A DNA stretch of 64,000 bases from Eledone cirrhosa. Taxonomy: Eukaryota. Shown piece by piece: positions 1 to 11,540 of this stretch (positions within the stretch are counted from its first letter, which is position 1; every line of letters starts with the position of its first letter). The DNA lies in the NCBI GenBank assembly GCA_964016885.1, contig OZ024740.1, forward strand, positions 155,062,001 through 155,126,000, in the 5' to 3' direction. The position numbers and the translations under genes were made by a program. The notes beneath the pieces were generated by a model that worked only from the letters and a program-made list of their open reading frames with translations, had not been told where the DNA came from and did no database searches.

Positions 1-470
1 AACAGTCACATAGGGCTCCCTTGTCGACCAGATACATGTATATTAGTAGGTTGTGATAATGGCCACAGCAAAAGTTGGTATTTATGAACTGCATATAATG
101 TGATAGCTGTTGCTGTTTGGGCTAATACACATCGGTATTGTTTTCAAGTCCACTTTCCCATACTGACATGGGCTAAATCAAATCTTTTTTAAGGCAGTTT
201 TTCTTTTATCAGATGCAAAAGAGAGGCTGAAAATGGAGTTAGTTAGGGCAAAAATACAAATGGCATGAAAATGTGTGGTGGTTGTAGGGGACTGCCACTC
301 AGTTGTGTAAAGTTATTTAGCATGTGTTCAAGCATAGCATTAATTTGGAGAAGTTTGTATTTATATATATAGAAGCACAACACATATACATACAGATATA
401 TATGTGTATATGTGCCCTACCCATGGACGATGGACATTAAACGATGATATATATATATATAAACGACGAC

Positions 471-501
<31 letters not shown>

Positions 502-514
502 ATTATATATATAA

Positions 515-755
515 ACTTCCCATGTAGCAGCTGTGCTGAGACAGCAAGCAGCAGACAGCCACAGGAAACAAGTACCACCAAACTCTGGGAGGACTCTGTA
601 GAAACACTAGACAGCTTCTGCTACCTAGGTGACCGAATTAGCAGCGGAGGTGGGTGTTCAGAAAGTACAATAACTAGGGTAAGAACGGGATGGAAGAAGT
701 TCAGGGAGCTACTGCCACTGCTAGCTGCAAAAGGCTTTTCCCTCAAAATGAAAGC
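515..755 (+). mobile_element. RTE internal fragment
   Basis: CSSCAETASSRQPQETSTT...FCYLGDRISSGGGCSE matches the 12090-12941 ORF. Preceded by RTE tails and (TA)n. Confidence 0.85.
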
Positions 756-976
756 AACTGGTGCGTGTGTTTCTTATTGGCAACATGACCCTCCCAAAGT
801 TTAACAATAGAGAGAGAGAGAGAGAGAGATAATGGAACAAAAACAAAATTAATCTAGTTCAGGTTGACAAAAAGGAAGAAACTATGTATCTTTACGTACA
901 AACAAAATATTAACCAATATTGACATAAAATTATATATTTATATATACATCAATAGATATATGTATGTGTATGCAT

Positions 977-2244
977 TAGGGTTGCACTGATTGGTCAGCA
1001 GATAATTGGTATCGACCACATTGGTCATTTTGATGATTAATTGGTATCGGCTTGTTTGCCAAATAATTTTGTTAATTGCCCATTATTTTTTTTCTTAAAT
1101 TATTATTGATAGGCAAAGGCTGGTGGATTGACAGAATCGGGAGAGTGTCAGACAACATACTTCGTGGCCTAGAGTTATGGTACTTTACGTTCTGATTTCA
1201 AATCCCGCTGAGGTTAGCTTTGCCTTTCATCCTTACGAGGTTGATAAAATAAAGTAGCGGTAATACTCTGGGGTCAATTTAATCGACTTTCCCTTTCCCC
1301 AAAATTACTGCCCTTGTGCCTAAAGTAGAAACAATTATTATTGATAGTCATGTATGCTGGAGCAAAAAGAACGTGGGTGACAGAGAAATCCAGAAACATG
1401 TTGGATTCAACATAAGGAATATATATATTATTTCCTATGATATACAATCTTAGCCCACCAGTGTAATGTAACTCTATTCCTAGTGCTCAAACGCACTGAT
1501 CTACCTAACTAGAATGTAGGTTAAAGGGTGACCCTCCTACATGACAAAGAGGATGTGTGCTTAGTTGATCTTTTAAAATGAAATTATTTTAAAATTATAA
1601 AGATTCTGATTACATATTTATTTAAAAGTATTCAAAAACACAACACCCACTTCCCTTCAAGAAAAGCTTGATCAATCAACAGCGTCCTTACTAACCAGAA
1701 TTGCACCAGTCTTGGAGATCCAGCTTAGTGAATCCACTATACCAATCAGCTTTGTTACAAACCATGATGTCATGACTCACAAGTACAGGAAAATGAACAG
1801 GTTAAATTTAGATAGTTATTAACATATTTGTTGTTAGCTATGCTAAGTGTAGCCTTCTATGCATATTTAGTTGATTGTATTTCTGGCTTTATGTCAATAT
1901 AACTACTCAGACTACACATTGTGTTATGGTTGCACAATAATTAAACAAAACAGAAACTTATATGTAGGTAGAGAATGTGGGAACTGTTGTGTACAGAAGG
2001 TTATGCTGTTGAATGACACAGTTCAATAGAAATAAAAAGTAGAAACTGCAGTAAAATCACTGTAATTTTCTCATCTTCTGCTCTCAAATAGTAGCTCCAT
2101 AATTGTGATTAATTATGAAATTTCATATAATTACCTACAATTAATTACTGTATGCATTTCCATATCACAATACATAATTACATTATAGATAATCGGCAGC
2201 CGATTAATCAGTAGTCAGCCGATTTGCTTATCAGTTCAACATTA
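977..2244. mobile_element. Old non-autonomous hAT-like DNA transposon with a nested SINE
   Basis: Imperfect TIR TAGGGTTGCACTGAT / ATCAGTTCAACATTA, subterminal ATCGG-type repeats and degenerate 8-bp flanks gtatgcat / atatgtat. Confidence 0.55.
1108..1343 (+). mobile_element. tRNA-derived SINE (same family)
   Basis: GGTGGATTGACAGAATCGG...TTCAAATCCCGCTGAGG...GCCTTTCATCCTTACGAGG...AGAAACAATTATTATT. Other copies lie near 17970-18680, 45225-45385, 50820-50960, 51528-51622, 52430-52595, 54279-54400, 55383-55570 and 57835-57985. Confidence 0.8.
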
Positions 2245-3251
2245 ATATGTATATGTGTGTGAACATCATTATTTTAATGAAAGTGATGATACACATAAAA
2301 ACATATACTTAAGTTTGAAGAATCAATATTAAGCTGTTAGAAATAATATAAGAAATAACAATAATAGCAATGTCAAGACAAAAACAACAAAAGAAAAATG
2401 CACCGAGTGCACAACCTGATAGTCTTTTAGGGTCGGTTTATGTTACAAACAGGTTTATTGATTAGATATTTTCAATTGAATTAATAATGGTAAGCAAAGA
2501 AAAGAAAATTGTATTGAATAACAATGAAAGAGTGATGAGTATTTTTAAAGACAAGTTGATGCCAGCTAAGGAAAGATGGACATAAACTAGATGGAATATC
2601 ATGCAACTAGAGATTTCAAAACTTCTCGTTTAAAGAAACTGGATTCCATCTGCAACCCACCCCAACTCTTCCTGCTCTCTTAATATCTATTTACAGTCTA
2701 AAGAGTGAAGCACACAATCTTAAAAAAATATTTTTTTTAATACAAAATCTATGTATGGAAGTCTGAAAAATTGAAAAAAGTGGAAGATTGGTGCTGTAAT
2801 TAATTATATGACAATCAACTTCTAATATATTAATGAGATTTCCAGCTAACGAAATAGCTAAATATCTCTCAAATTATACCTTCATGTGTTAAAAAAATTG
2901 AATATGGTAAACGTAGTTGTTTTTTTTTAACAGTAGGTTAAGGTCTAGAATTTGGACCAATGAAGTACAATCTACAGAGTCAATATGTTGCTGGTACTTA
3001 CTTTCATTTTAAGAGAAATGAAATGATCACTCAAGATGTAAAGGGATGTAATTAGATGCCACAACCTCTTCAGATTGGCTTTAATGTTTCCATTATTTCA
3101 CTGCCTTTTAGATGCGAGTAAAATACCAGTCACAATGTGATTGGTATTATACTGCTATACAGTTCATAAATGTAGCGCCCAATTTTCCTAAAGAAGCAAA
3201 ATGTGTTAGCCCCAAATTAAAATTGTGTTAGAAAATTATAAATATATATTA

Positions 3252-3577
3252 AACTATGGTTTCGCTGTGAGATGGGTTCGGCGCAGCCAACTGACCTGTC
3301 CCTCCTATTAGTGGTGCCATCCAGTTCCGGGCTTCAAAACTATTGGTTCCACTATGAGATGGGTTCGGCACAGCCAACTGGCCTGTCCCTCCTCACAATG
3401 ATGCCATCCAGTCCCATACTGTAAATGTGGTTGGTGTTAGGAAGGGCATTCAGCCAAATTTACAGTCTCATCAGAGCAACGTATGGCATGGCCAATTCTG
3501 GCCAGACTTGTCTCGCAACATGGACAACGCGTCTAACCCATGCAAGCATGGAAAATGGATGCTAAATGGTGATGATA
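3252..3577 (+). mobile_element. RTE-related 3' UTR fragment with an ~87-bp internal tandem duplication
   Basis: Two copies of TGAGATGGGTTCGGC.CAGCCAACTG.CCTGTCCCTCCT, then GTTGGTGTTAGGAAGGGCAT and the terminal CTAACCCATGCAAGCATGGAA..GATGAT motif. Confidence 0.6.
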
Positions 3578-3616
3578 GAAAGATTGCCTGTGGTTCAGCA
3601 TTAATTTACTTACTAT

Positions 3617-3828
3617 TTAATCCTTTAGCATTTACATTACTCTATATATACTATTATATTTTCATGATAAAGGCTTTACCTCACATAATATCAAAGCTAT
3701 GAGATTTTGATATTTATTTTTAGAATAATACCATAACATCAGTATGAGTGGCCAGTTACACGCAGTTTGAACAGAAAGAGGTGAGGGAATTCTGGCTGGA
3801 TAGGCCGGTTTAAATGCTAAAGGGTTAA
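3617..3828. mobile_element. piggyBac-like MITE family A
   Basis: TTAA flanks and TIR (C)CCTTTAGCATTTA / TAAATGCTAAAGGG; at least nine copies in the window. Confidence 0.85.
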
Positions 3829-4643
3829 TATGACATTGAATATCAATTTTACCTTTAAAAATCTAAATTTTAAAGTTGAAATTAAAATAATAATGTACAT
3901 TCCTGACTAGTAGCATAATCTGCTACTTCTAGCCCAATTTAGCAACTCTGCTTCAGAATGAATATACTATGTAAAAGAATTCATTCACAGTAAAAAATGG
4001 GATTTTGCTAAATAATCCAGTGAAGATTATTGGGTTTTTCAGTTGAACTATATAATAATGGTTCTATGAAATATTCCAATATTTTAAATTGTACTATTCC
4101 TTTGAGAATTATTAATAACTGGTGGCGGTATGTCATAAACATAGGATAATGATATATTGTATTGATTTCTTTGGGAGAAATTTATGTACACTGCTATTAT
4201 TTAGCTCTGATATAGCAAGTGTTCCTACTGTGACCATCTCACCTTTTTTCAAATGCTATAATATACTATAAAACAAAGCTATAAATTTTATATACACTGC
4301 ATGTGTAAACTAATTAAAATTAATTAGATACATTAGAGAGGATAGGTACATTTAATGAGTTTTCAGATGCAACCATGGCTAAAATCTATGTTTGTCAAAT
4401 AACAAACACTACTAATGTGTCGATAGCTATTTTTTTTTTTCATACCTAATATATCCATGACTACATTATCTAATATGGACAGTAAGATCAAACTACCACC
4501 ATGTAATTAAAAGAGGTGGAAAATAAAAGCGAATGGGGAATCAATATCTGTTTAACACTTCATTTACTGAAAATTATTATAAAAAATTTTGTTTATGAAT
4601 TTGTTTTGCAAGATTTCTTATCTGAAAACGTGTGTTGAAACAG

Positions 4644-4794
4644 ATATTGTTATACTTTAGGAGTCAATAAAACACACACACCTGATGATTTTCACTTCAG
4701 CCAACCAACTGGAAATTTATAATAAATTGAAGTGAAAACCAACAGGTGCCTGTGTTTTTATTGGCAGCATGACCCTCCCAAAGTATAACAATAT
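4644..4794. repeat. Fold-back MITE-like palindrome
   Basis: ATATTGTTATACTTT...TTTTCACTTCA / TGAAGTGAAAA...AAAGTATAACAATAT. The right arm is repeated at about 756-809. Confidence 0.65.
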
Positions 4795-5511
4795 TATTAA
4801 AAAAACTAACAAACAAATTATACTTTCTATTCATTTTTTTCCATGATAAATTATCTCTCAAATATTTAACTCATATTATTGGAGAACATTCTTTTTCTTT
4901 GGCAATAAACAGTGTATCCAGCCACCCTTACTGTTAACTATTCAACCAAAAGGCAATTAAAAACAGTTCCTTAGGGGAAAAAGTGATACAAAATAATGGC
5001 TGCAAAAGTAAGATTTGAATTTAGGACCATGCAATCAGTATTTCAGTAAATCTATATCAATTATTTTTTCTTCTTTGTTTTGTTACTGAAATAAATAAAA
5101 ATATTTTGAAAAATGTTTTTGCCTGAAATACAGATATGAAAAATCATAGAATTAATCACAAGGGAAATTCCCGAGATAAACAGGTATTTTCATGTATGAC
5201 ATTATATATATATCCCACAATTCTGTTTACTGCTGTTATTTATTTCACTTTCTGCACAAATCAGCAATTATTTCACAATGTTTTAGACTGAATTTTTCAG
5301 TAAAGCATTGCTGTGAGTTTTGTCAAGTTTATCACAAATGTATTTTTTTAAGGGAGGGGGTGGATAATTGGTGAACAAGATTTTTTTCAGTGAGACACCT
5401 AGTGTTGGTGTTCATCCACACAGTAGGGGAATGGGGTGTTAGGCTTCAAAGGAGTAATTAATGCAATTTTTATGAAAAGAAATAATTTTAAAAAGAATGT
5501 TTTGAACTCAC

Positions 5512-6224
5512 CCAATTGAGGTCTTTTCCTTTTCATTTTTTTCTTTTTCCATAATTTGGTTGGAGTATCTTCCCTTAACTTAGGTGGCTTGGGAGCAGTA
5601 GGCTGTTGTGAGTTAAAATGGCTATTAACATGTCTTTCAAGACCATGATGTGATGGGAAACGCATATCGCAGCCATCAACAATGCACTTGAATGGTTTGT
5701 CGCCGCTGTGACTGAGAATATGTCGCTCGAGCCACGACATGGAGCAAGACTGTTTGGCATACACCTTACAACCATCCCAAAAGCATGCATATGTTTCACT
5801 ACCTTCTTGACTCTCAACATGTTTCTCACGAATATGTGCCATAAGCAAGTCGGGGTCCAAGACAATATCACAGTTTTTCCATTTGCAATGTGTTACTGTT
5901 TCCTTGTTGCAGTTGTAGTCGAAGTTTTGTGAGTCCTTACATGATGATGATGATGACGATGATGATGAGATCAACGCACAGTTGACCGCATTGCTGACAC
6001 TGGCTGTGCTGCAGGACAGGATGGGTGTGTAAGGGCGGTCTATGTGAGGTGGCAGTAACCCTGAGTGGGCAGTAGTAGAACTAGACAATCCCACCTGACC
6101 TGCAGCAGTTTTGGTCCGCTCATTATTAAGAGCCAATCCATCAAAAATGGAGTGTAATCCGTAAATTGATTGAGAGGCTGGTTCAGGAGATCCTTTGCTG
6201 TTGGTTTGCTTGGAAATACATGGG
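5512..6224 (-). CDS. AEBP2: Internal coding exon of an AEBP2/jing-like C2H2 zinc-finger protein (PRC2 accessory subunit)
   Basis: The minus-strand frame encodes a Ser-rich segment, three C2H2 fingers (CKWKNC..HIREKH; CFWDGCKVYAKQSCSMSWLERHILSH; SGDKPFKCIVDGCDMRFPSHHGLERHVNSH) and a basic KKKKMKRKRP tract, the AEBP2/jing arrangement. Acceptor ttccacAG is at 6226-6225 (phase 2) and donor G|GTGAGT is at 5511 (phase 1). The ORF-track ends (5399, 6310) run into intron. Confidence 0.92.
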
Positions 6225-7107
6225 CTGTGGAATAGTAAACAGCATAGATTAGAAGAGTTACAAACAAAATGTATACATAATTTTGACAAATAATAATAAC
6301 ACAGACACAAGGCTAGAAATTTGGAGGCAGTAATAATTCAATACTTTATAAGTATTTTATTTTACCAACCTTAGCTGGATTTGAAATCAGTACAAACACT
6401 GCTATAACAATTATGCCAATCTGTCACCCTTAATTGTTTATAAAATAAGTACAAAATCAGAAATATGATGCTTGACTAGTACTTTATTTTATTGACAGAC
6501 ACCTAAAGGACAAAAAGCAAAATTGACATGGTGAGATTTGAACACATTACACAAAGAGCTGCTTCAAATACCAAAAGGTATTTTATCTGATGCTCTAATG
6601 ATTCTGCCAATTCAGTACCCTAGTATAATTTAACCAAACCAAAATAAAAAAAAAATTAAATCCAACAAAATCCAATTTTAATTACAATATTTTTTATATA
6701 TTTAAATCTCTTAATGTATAAAATTAGCAAAAGTTAATGTATTTGACTAGAGATAGCAAGGAATAATTTATTAGAATAAAGAATAAGAGCATTAAATTGA
6801 TATGCTCTCTTAAGATCAATGTTTAGAATTTATCAGAAGATATGGCATAAGAGAGCAGTTTTGTAAATGTATTGCAATTTACTATTAAAAAAAAAAACAA
6901 AAAAAACTTTCGTTAAACACTTTCAAGTTCTAAGATTTACATTGACATCAAATGGTTTGAAATTCTGAAAAGTGATAAAAATTAATGAGATTCAAATTTC
7001 ATTTTAATACAGACATATTTCAATACTCCCATTTTTCGATCATACTAGAAGCTACTACTTGTAATCTTTAGTAAGCATATCTAGGGAGCTAGGCACTTCT
7101 GATGTGT

Positions 7108-7312
7108 TTAACTCTTAACATACTGTACTACATGAAGTCACATTAGCAAGACATTCTAAAAAAATACAAAATAGCATTATGAGTGTATCACATTAAATTA
7201 AAGTCTTTACTTTAATACTGCAAATTTTCACTAGTAAAGATAAAATAAACATTTAAATTAACAAATCCATTTTTCTATATTTTCTGCTATTTATTAGTTT
7301 GTTCAGAGTTAA
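7108..7312. mobile_element. TTAA-flanked MITE family C
   Basis: TTAA-CTCT...AGAG-TTAA; related copy at about 38345-38560. Confidence 0.5.
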
Positions 7313-7318
7313 CTAACT

Positions 7319-7539
7319 TTAACCCTTCAGCATTTACATTACTCTATATTTACTATTGTATTTTTGTGGTAAAGGCTTTATCTTACATAATTATCTCACG
7401 TAATATCGAATCTATGAGATTTTGATATTTATTTTTAGAACATTAACATCAGTATGAGCAGTTGGTTACGGCCAGTTTGAACAGAAAGAGGTGAGAGAAT
7501 TCTGGCTGGATATGGCCGGTTTAAATGCTAAAGGGTTAA
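7319..7539. mobile_element. piggyBac-like MITE family A
   Basis: TTAA-CCCTTCAGCATTTA...TAAATGCTAAAGGG-TTAA. Confidence 0.85.
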
Positions 7540-8200
7540 AGTAGAAACCAAAACTGTCTTTTCAAACAAAAAGAATAATGGTCAATATATCAGGTGGCTG
7601 AGACATACCTAAAACTGAAAATTGTGATGCAACTAGTGTAAAACACATTCACAATCTCATTAATCCATTGACATTCAATTTGAGGCTTTGTACCTTACAC
7701 ACACATTCAATATTTCATATGGTATTTATATTCTAAACCCATACTAGCGTGGAAGATGGACGTTAAACGATGATGATGATGATGATGATGATCCAGTTAT
7801 AGAAACCAAGCCAGAAACAGTTGTCTGAGTAAGACACAGTCACCTGACCTGACTTGTTTCAAATGAGACAACTTGTCTAACCCATGCTAACGTGGAAAAA
7901 CAGATGTTAAACGGTGATGATGATGATATATGTGTATGTGCGTAAGTACACTAGTCACTAGTTGTATTTGCATTGCTTAACACTTTTCATACCAGAATGT
8001 CTGAAACTGCCCCTAGTTCTATGATACAAAACTATATATATATATATAACCAAAGATTAATATGGTTCGTTGATTACTCAATGAATACAATTTTACAATA
8101 GATTAAAAGCACTCAACAGAAGTTTTCCCGTAGTTTTTAATATTATTCAAAATATTAACAAATGAAAGATATTCATATATATATATATATATATATAATT

Positions 8201-9175
8201 AAAATACGTAGTTTAGAAAGCCACAACAATGCAGATGGGAAATCTCGAGGTAGGAAGTGAATGATAGATAGGAGAAATAGGAGAAAGTGAAAATTGAGAG
8301 AGACAAAGATGAAAACAAAACAAAGGTAGAAGGGTTACCGTAGTGGAGATTTAATCCCAATATTTCGGGCTCACGCCCATCAACGGGGGAAAGTTCCAAA
8401 AAGGGGGGAACAGGCTAAGCCGGAGAAAGTTGTGATGTCGTTAAAACAGGAATGCCGTTATGGGGAGAAAATTTAAATGAGGGAAAGAATGCGCGTGCGC
8501 GTGATAGGCTGTGGCAAAAGCTACTGACCAAATGGGTTAAATCAAGAGGGTGCGCTAGTGTGTGAAAGCCGTAAAATATGTGTGTGTAAATATATATGTG
8601 TGTGTATATGTGTAAGTGTGTATATGTGTGAGTGTGTGTGTGTGTGTGAAAGATAGTGGGCTGTAGAAGCTGGAAATCAAAGGGTGTGAAAGGTGGTAGG
8701 TTGTAAAACATGTGTGCGTGTATAAATATAGATGTGTGTGTGTATGCGTATGGGTATATATGTGTGTGTGTATATGTGTGAGTGCGTGTGTGGAAGATAG
8801 TGGGCTGTAGAAGCTGGAAATCAAAGGGTGTGAAAGGTGGTAGGTTGTAAAAACATGTGTGGGTGTATGCGTATGGGTATGCATATACGTGCGTGTGTGT
8901 GAAAATAGTAGGCCGTAAGGGCTGTGAATGGTCACTATGGTTAAATTAGCCATGTCAGCTCATTTCTCTCAGCCCGGTTGTTAAGTGGGGGTCTGAGGTT
9001 CTTAATAACAAGTGCTTCCTTTATCCTTAAGGATCCGATGCTGCGTTCAGTCGCTAGGACTGTGACCAAGGGTCTACCCTGTGGGTTTCCGCAGGGTATT
9101 TCTCCTATCTATCATTCACTTCCTACCTCGAGATTTCCCATCTGCATTGTTGTGGCTTTCTAAACTACGTATTTT
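8201..9175 (-). mobile_element. 5'-truncated Penelope-like element (GIY-YIG C-terminus plus 3' region, inverted ends)
   Basis: Minus 9096-8941 encodes PCGNPQGRPLVTVLATERSIGSLRIKEALVIKNLRPPLNNRAERNELTWLI*, matching the R.IKEAL.IK...P.LN end of PLE GIY-YIG endonucleases. 8201-8279 and 9097-9175 are perfect 79-bp inverted repeats. Internal tandem units of about 140 bp contain (CA)n tracts. Confidence 0.8.
8355..8391 (-). ncRNA. Degenerate hammerhead-like motif in the Penelope 3' region
   Basis: Minus strand TCCC-CCGTTGA-T-GGGC-GTGA-GCCC-GAAATATT-GGGA shows stem I, stem II with a GNRA loop, GAAA and palindromic AATATT. The core reads CCGTTGA instead of CTGANGA. Confidence 0.5.
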
Positions 9176-9449
9176 GCACATTTCACAATGCTTCAAGCAA
9201 ACTTTAACACCATCTTATATATATAATTGGTGTGGGATGCTTAAAGCGTCTGTAAGCAATAGGGTTAAAGCAATTGGTGACATTTGTTTATGGAGTTGAC
9301 CACTGAGGCAAATAGACCTTAAACCAGTCATATCCAGCCAAGATTCTCTCGCCTTTCTGTTCAAAATGGCTGCTCATACCATTGTTAAGGTATCGTTCTC
9401 AAAATAAATAATATCAACATCTCATGGATTCACTATTATGTGAGATGAG

Positions 9450-9870
9450 GTGATAAAAGCCGACCTTACCCAATTACACCTCTCAAAGGCGATGACACAC
9501 GACCGTGACCTCTGGCGTCACGCAGTAATACAGAGTACCCGACCTCCCATGGGTACAAGCTGAAGCATATAGACAATATGCCCCCACACCCCCCACTGCA
9601 AGGTGGTCGTGGAGGTGCCACGGCAAAAAAGCACCCAGCCCACACTGTAAAGAGGACGTGTAGGCGCCACGAAAAGCACCCAGCACTCACTGTAAATGAG
9701 GTTGGTGTTAGGAAGGGCATCCAGCTGTAGAAACCAAGCCAAATCAGTTCCTGTATGAGCAAGGCATGGTCAGCCGACCAGACACTGCCCACAACAGGAC
9801 AACCCGTCTAACCCATGCTAGCGTGGAAGAACGGACGTAAAACGGTGATGATGATGATGATGATGATGAT
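9450..9870 (+). mobile_element. RTE 3' end inserted into a piggyBac-like MITE
   Basis: Near-identical to the reverse complement of 11541-11905, with a (GAT)n tail. Flanked by the two halves of the TTAA MITE (9316-9449, 9871-9902). Confidence 0.85.
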
Positions 9871-11540
9871 AATATAGAATAATGTAAATGCTAAAGGGTT
9901 AAGGGAAACGGAGTAGTTAAACACTGACCACTCAGAGAGTCAAGCAATACTGACAACAGAGACTGAGTTACATAGAAGACCCAACTAATAATATGAAGCC
10001 AATGTTATTCAGTCTTAGGTTAGTTAGCCATGGAAAGGGATGGATATATTGGATATGAAGCCAATTACACAGCTATGTAAACAACTTTATAAGCTGTGGG
10101 AATGAATATATAATAAAATATATATGTGTTCAAAGATGGCAGGAAGTGCATACTACTGAAATCATATGACACTCCTGCAACAAACACTCACATGAACACA
10201 CACACAGATATGCAGTTAGAGAAAGAGAGAGACAGAAGAGACAGAGAGAGAGAGAGAGAGAGAGACAAAGGGGAGATAGAGAAAGAGAGAGAGGGGAAGA
10301 CAGAGAAAGGAATTAAGGGAAACAAGTAAAATTCATTAAGTTTGTAGAAAGTTAAATCAACCAATTTATAACTTAAGACAAGGTTATAATTAATATTATG
10401 CGAAATTTATGTAGATATTAATTACTTAGTTGCAATAATTACAATGATTTATGAATTATAATGTATCTTAATATGATAAACATAACCAATAGTAGTACAG
10501 TTATTAGATATGACAAGGTGAAACACCAATGACCTACACAACCCACCCTATATAGTCAATTAGATTGTTTATGTCAATGCAAATGATTTCACCAAGTGTT
10601 GGAGTGCATACACTTATGCACAACATAATTGTTTTCATGACAGAAAATAAAATAAAAAAAACTACAATGACTAGGTGAGTAGTGAGGGAGGACACGTGAG
10701 CAAAATATGTAAACTGATTTTAATTTTTTTATTATTATTACTATTATCAGTGTTATTATTATGCAGAGTTAGGGCAAAAAAAGAAAGTATCAACTCAATG
10801 CTAATGCAACCCTCTTCCCTCCCAGCTGTTACATCTTGGATCAAGGGAAATAGGGAGGGCCAACAGGCGATCTGTTTCTGCTTTTGACTGCATGAGCATC
10901 TAAAACCCCTAGCAAAAGCATTGTAAACACTACGAAGTGATGGCCATGTTATTATTTTTAAAGAAAATGTTATTGTCATGTTTGTTGTTGTTATTACCAT
11001 CAGTATCACATTGCAAATCTAATTTACATTCAAAACCAGCAAGACTGCCACAGGAAGACGTAACTTAACACTATATTCATTTCTCATGATCTTTCCTTGT
11101 TGAGCTGATTGGCGTTGATAGTTTTAAAGTGTCATTTTTACCAGATGCTATTTACATTGTTAAAAACAACACACACACACAAATCATCTCTTCATGTAAA
11201 CACATTTAGCGCATTGTAAAGATCAAAAGATGCTACGGAATTGACATTATCTTCAAATTACATCCAGAAAGATATTACAGACTAAAACTCAAACTCTTGG
11301 AGACATATAGGGAAAAGATGGTGAAAAAAAAAAAAGAATCTTTAAAGAAAAATAACATTTGAAAATCTTTTTTTGGCACAAAAGTTTGGAATTGTATATA
11401 CTTTTATTTCCACTGTTCTGCATTAAATACTTCCCAGAAATGTTTCAGCTTTTCTTCTTGATAAAATAGCCGACCAAAACATGGTAATCATTTCACATTT
11501 CTATGCATTGCCAAGAGAATACAGTTAAATATATGGTATG

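Noticed and set aside
4680-4750. CTGATGA...GAAA inside the fold-back as a hammerhead
   Set aside because: Both motifs are parts of the palindrome arms, with no separate three-stem junction.
5940-5969. (GAT)n tract in the AEBP2 exon as an exapted RTE tail
   Set aside because: It lacks the adjacent GGACGTTAAAC terminal motif, and it encodes poly-Ser consistent with the Ser-rich region of AEBP2.
8415-8953. His/Thr-rich ORFs and other short ORFs over (CA)n/(TA)n tracts
   Set aside because: Translation of microsatellites and AT-rich DNA with no coding signature.
10671-11009. 112-aa minus-strand ORF as an extra AEBP2 exon
   Set aside because: No recognisable homology, low-complexity composition and no convincing phase-compatible splice sites.
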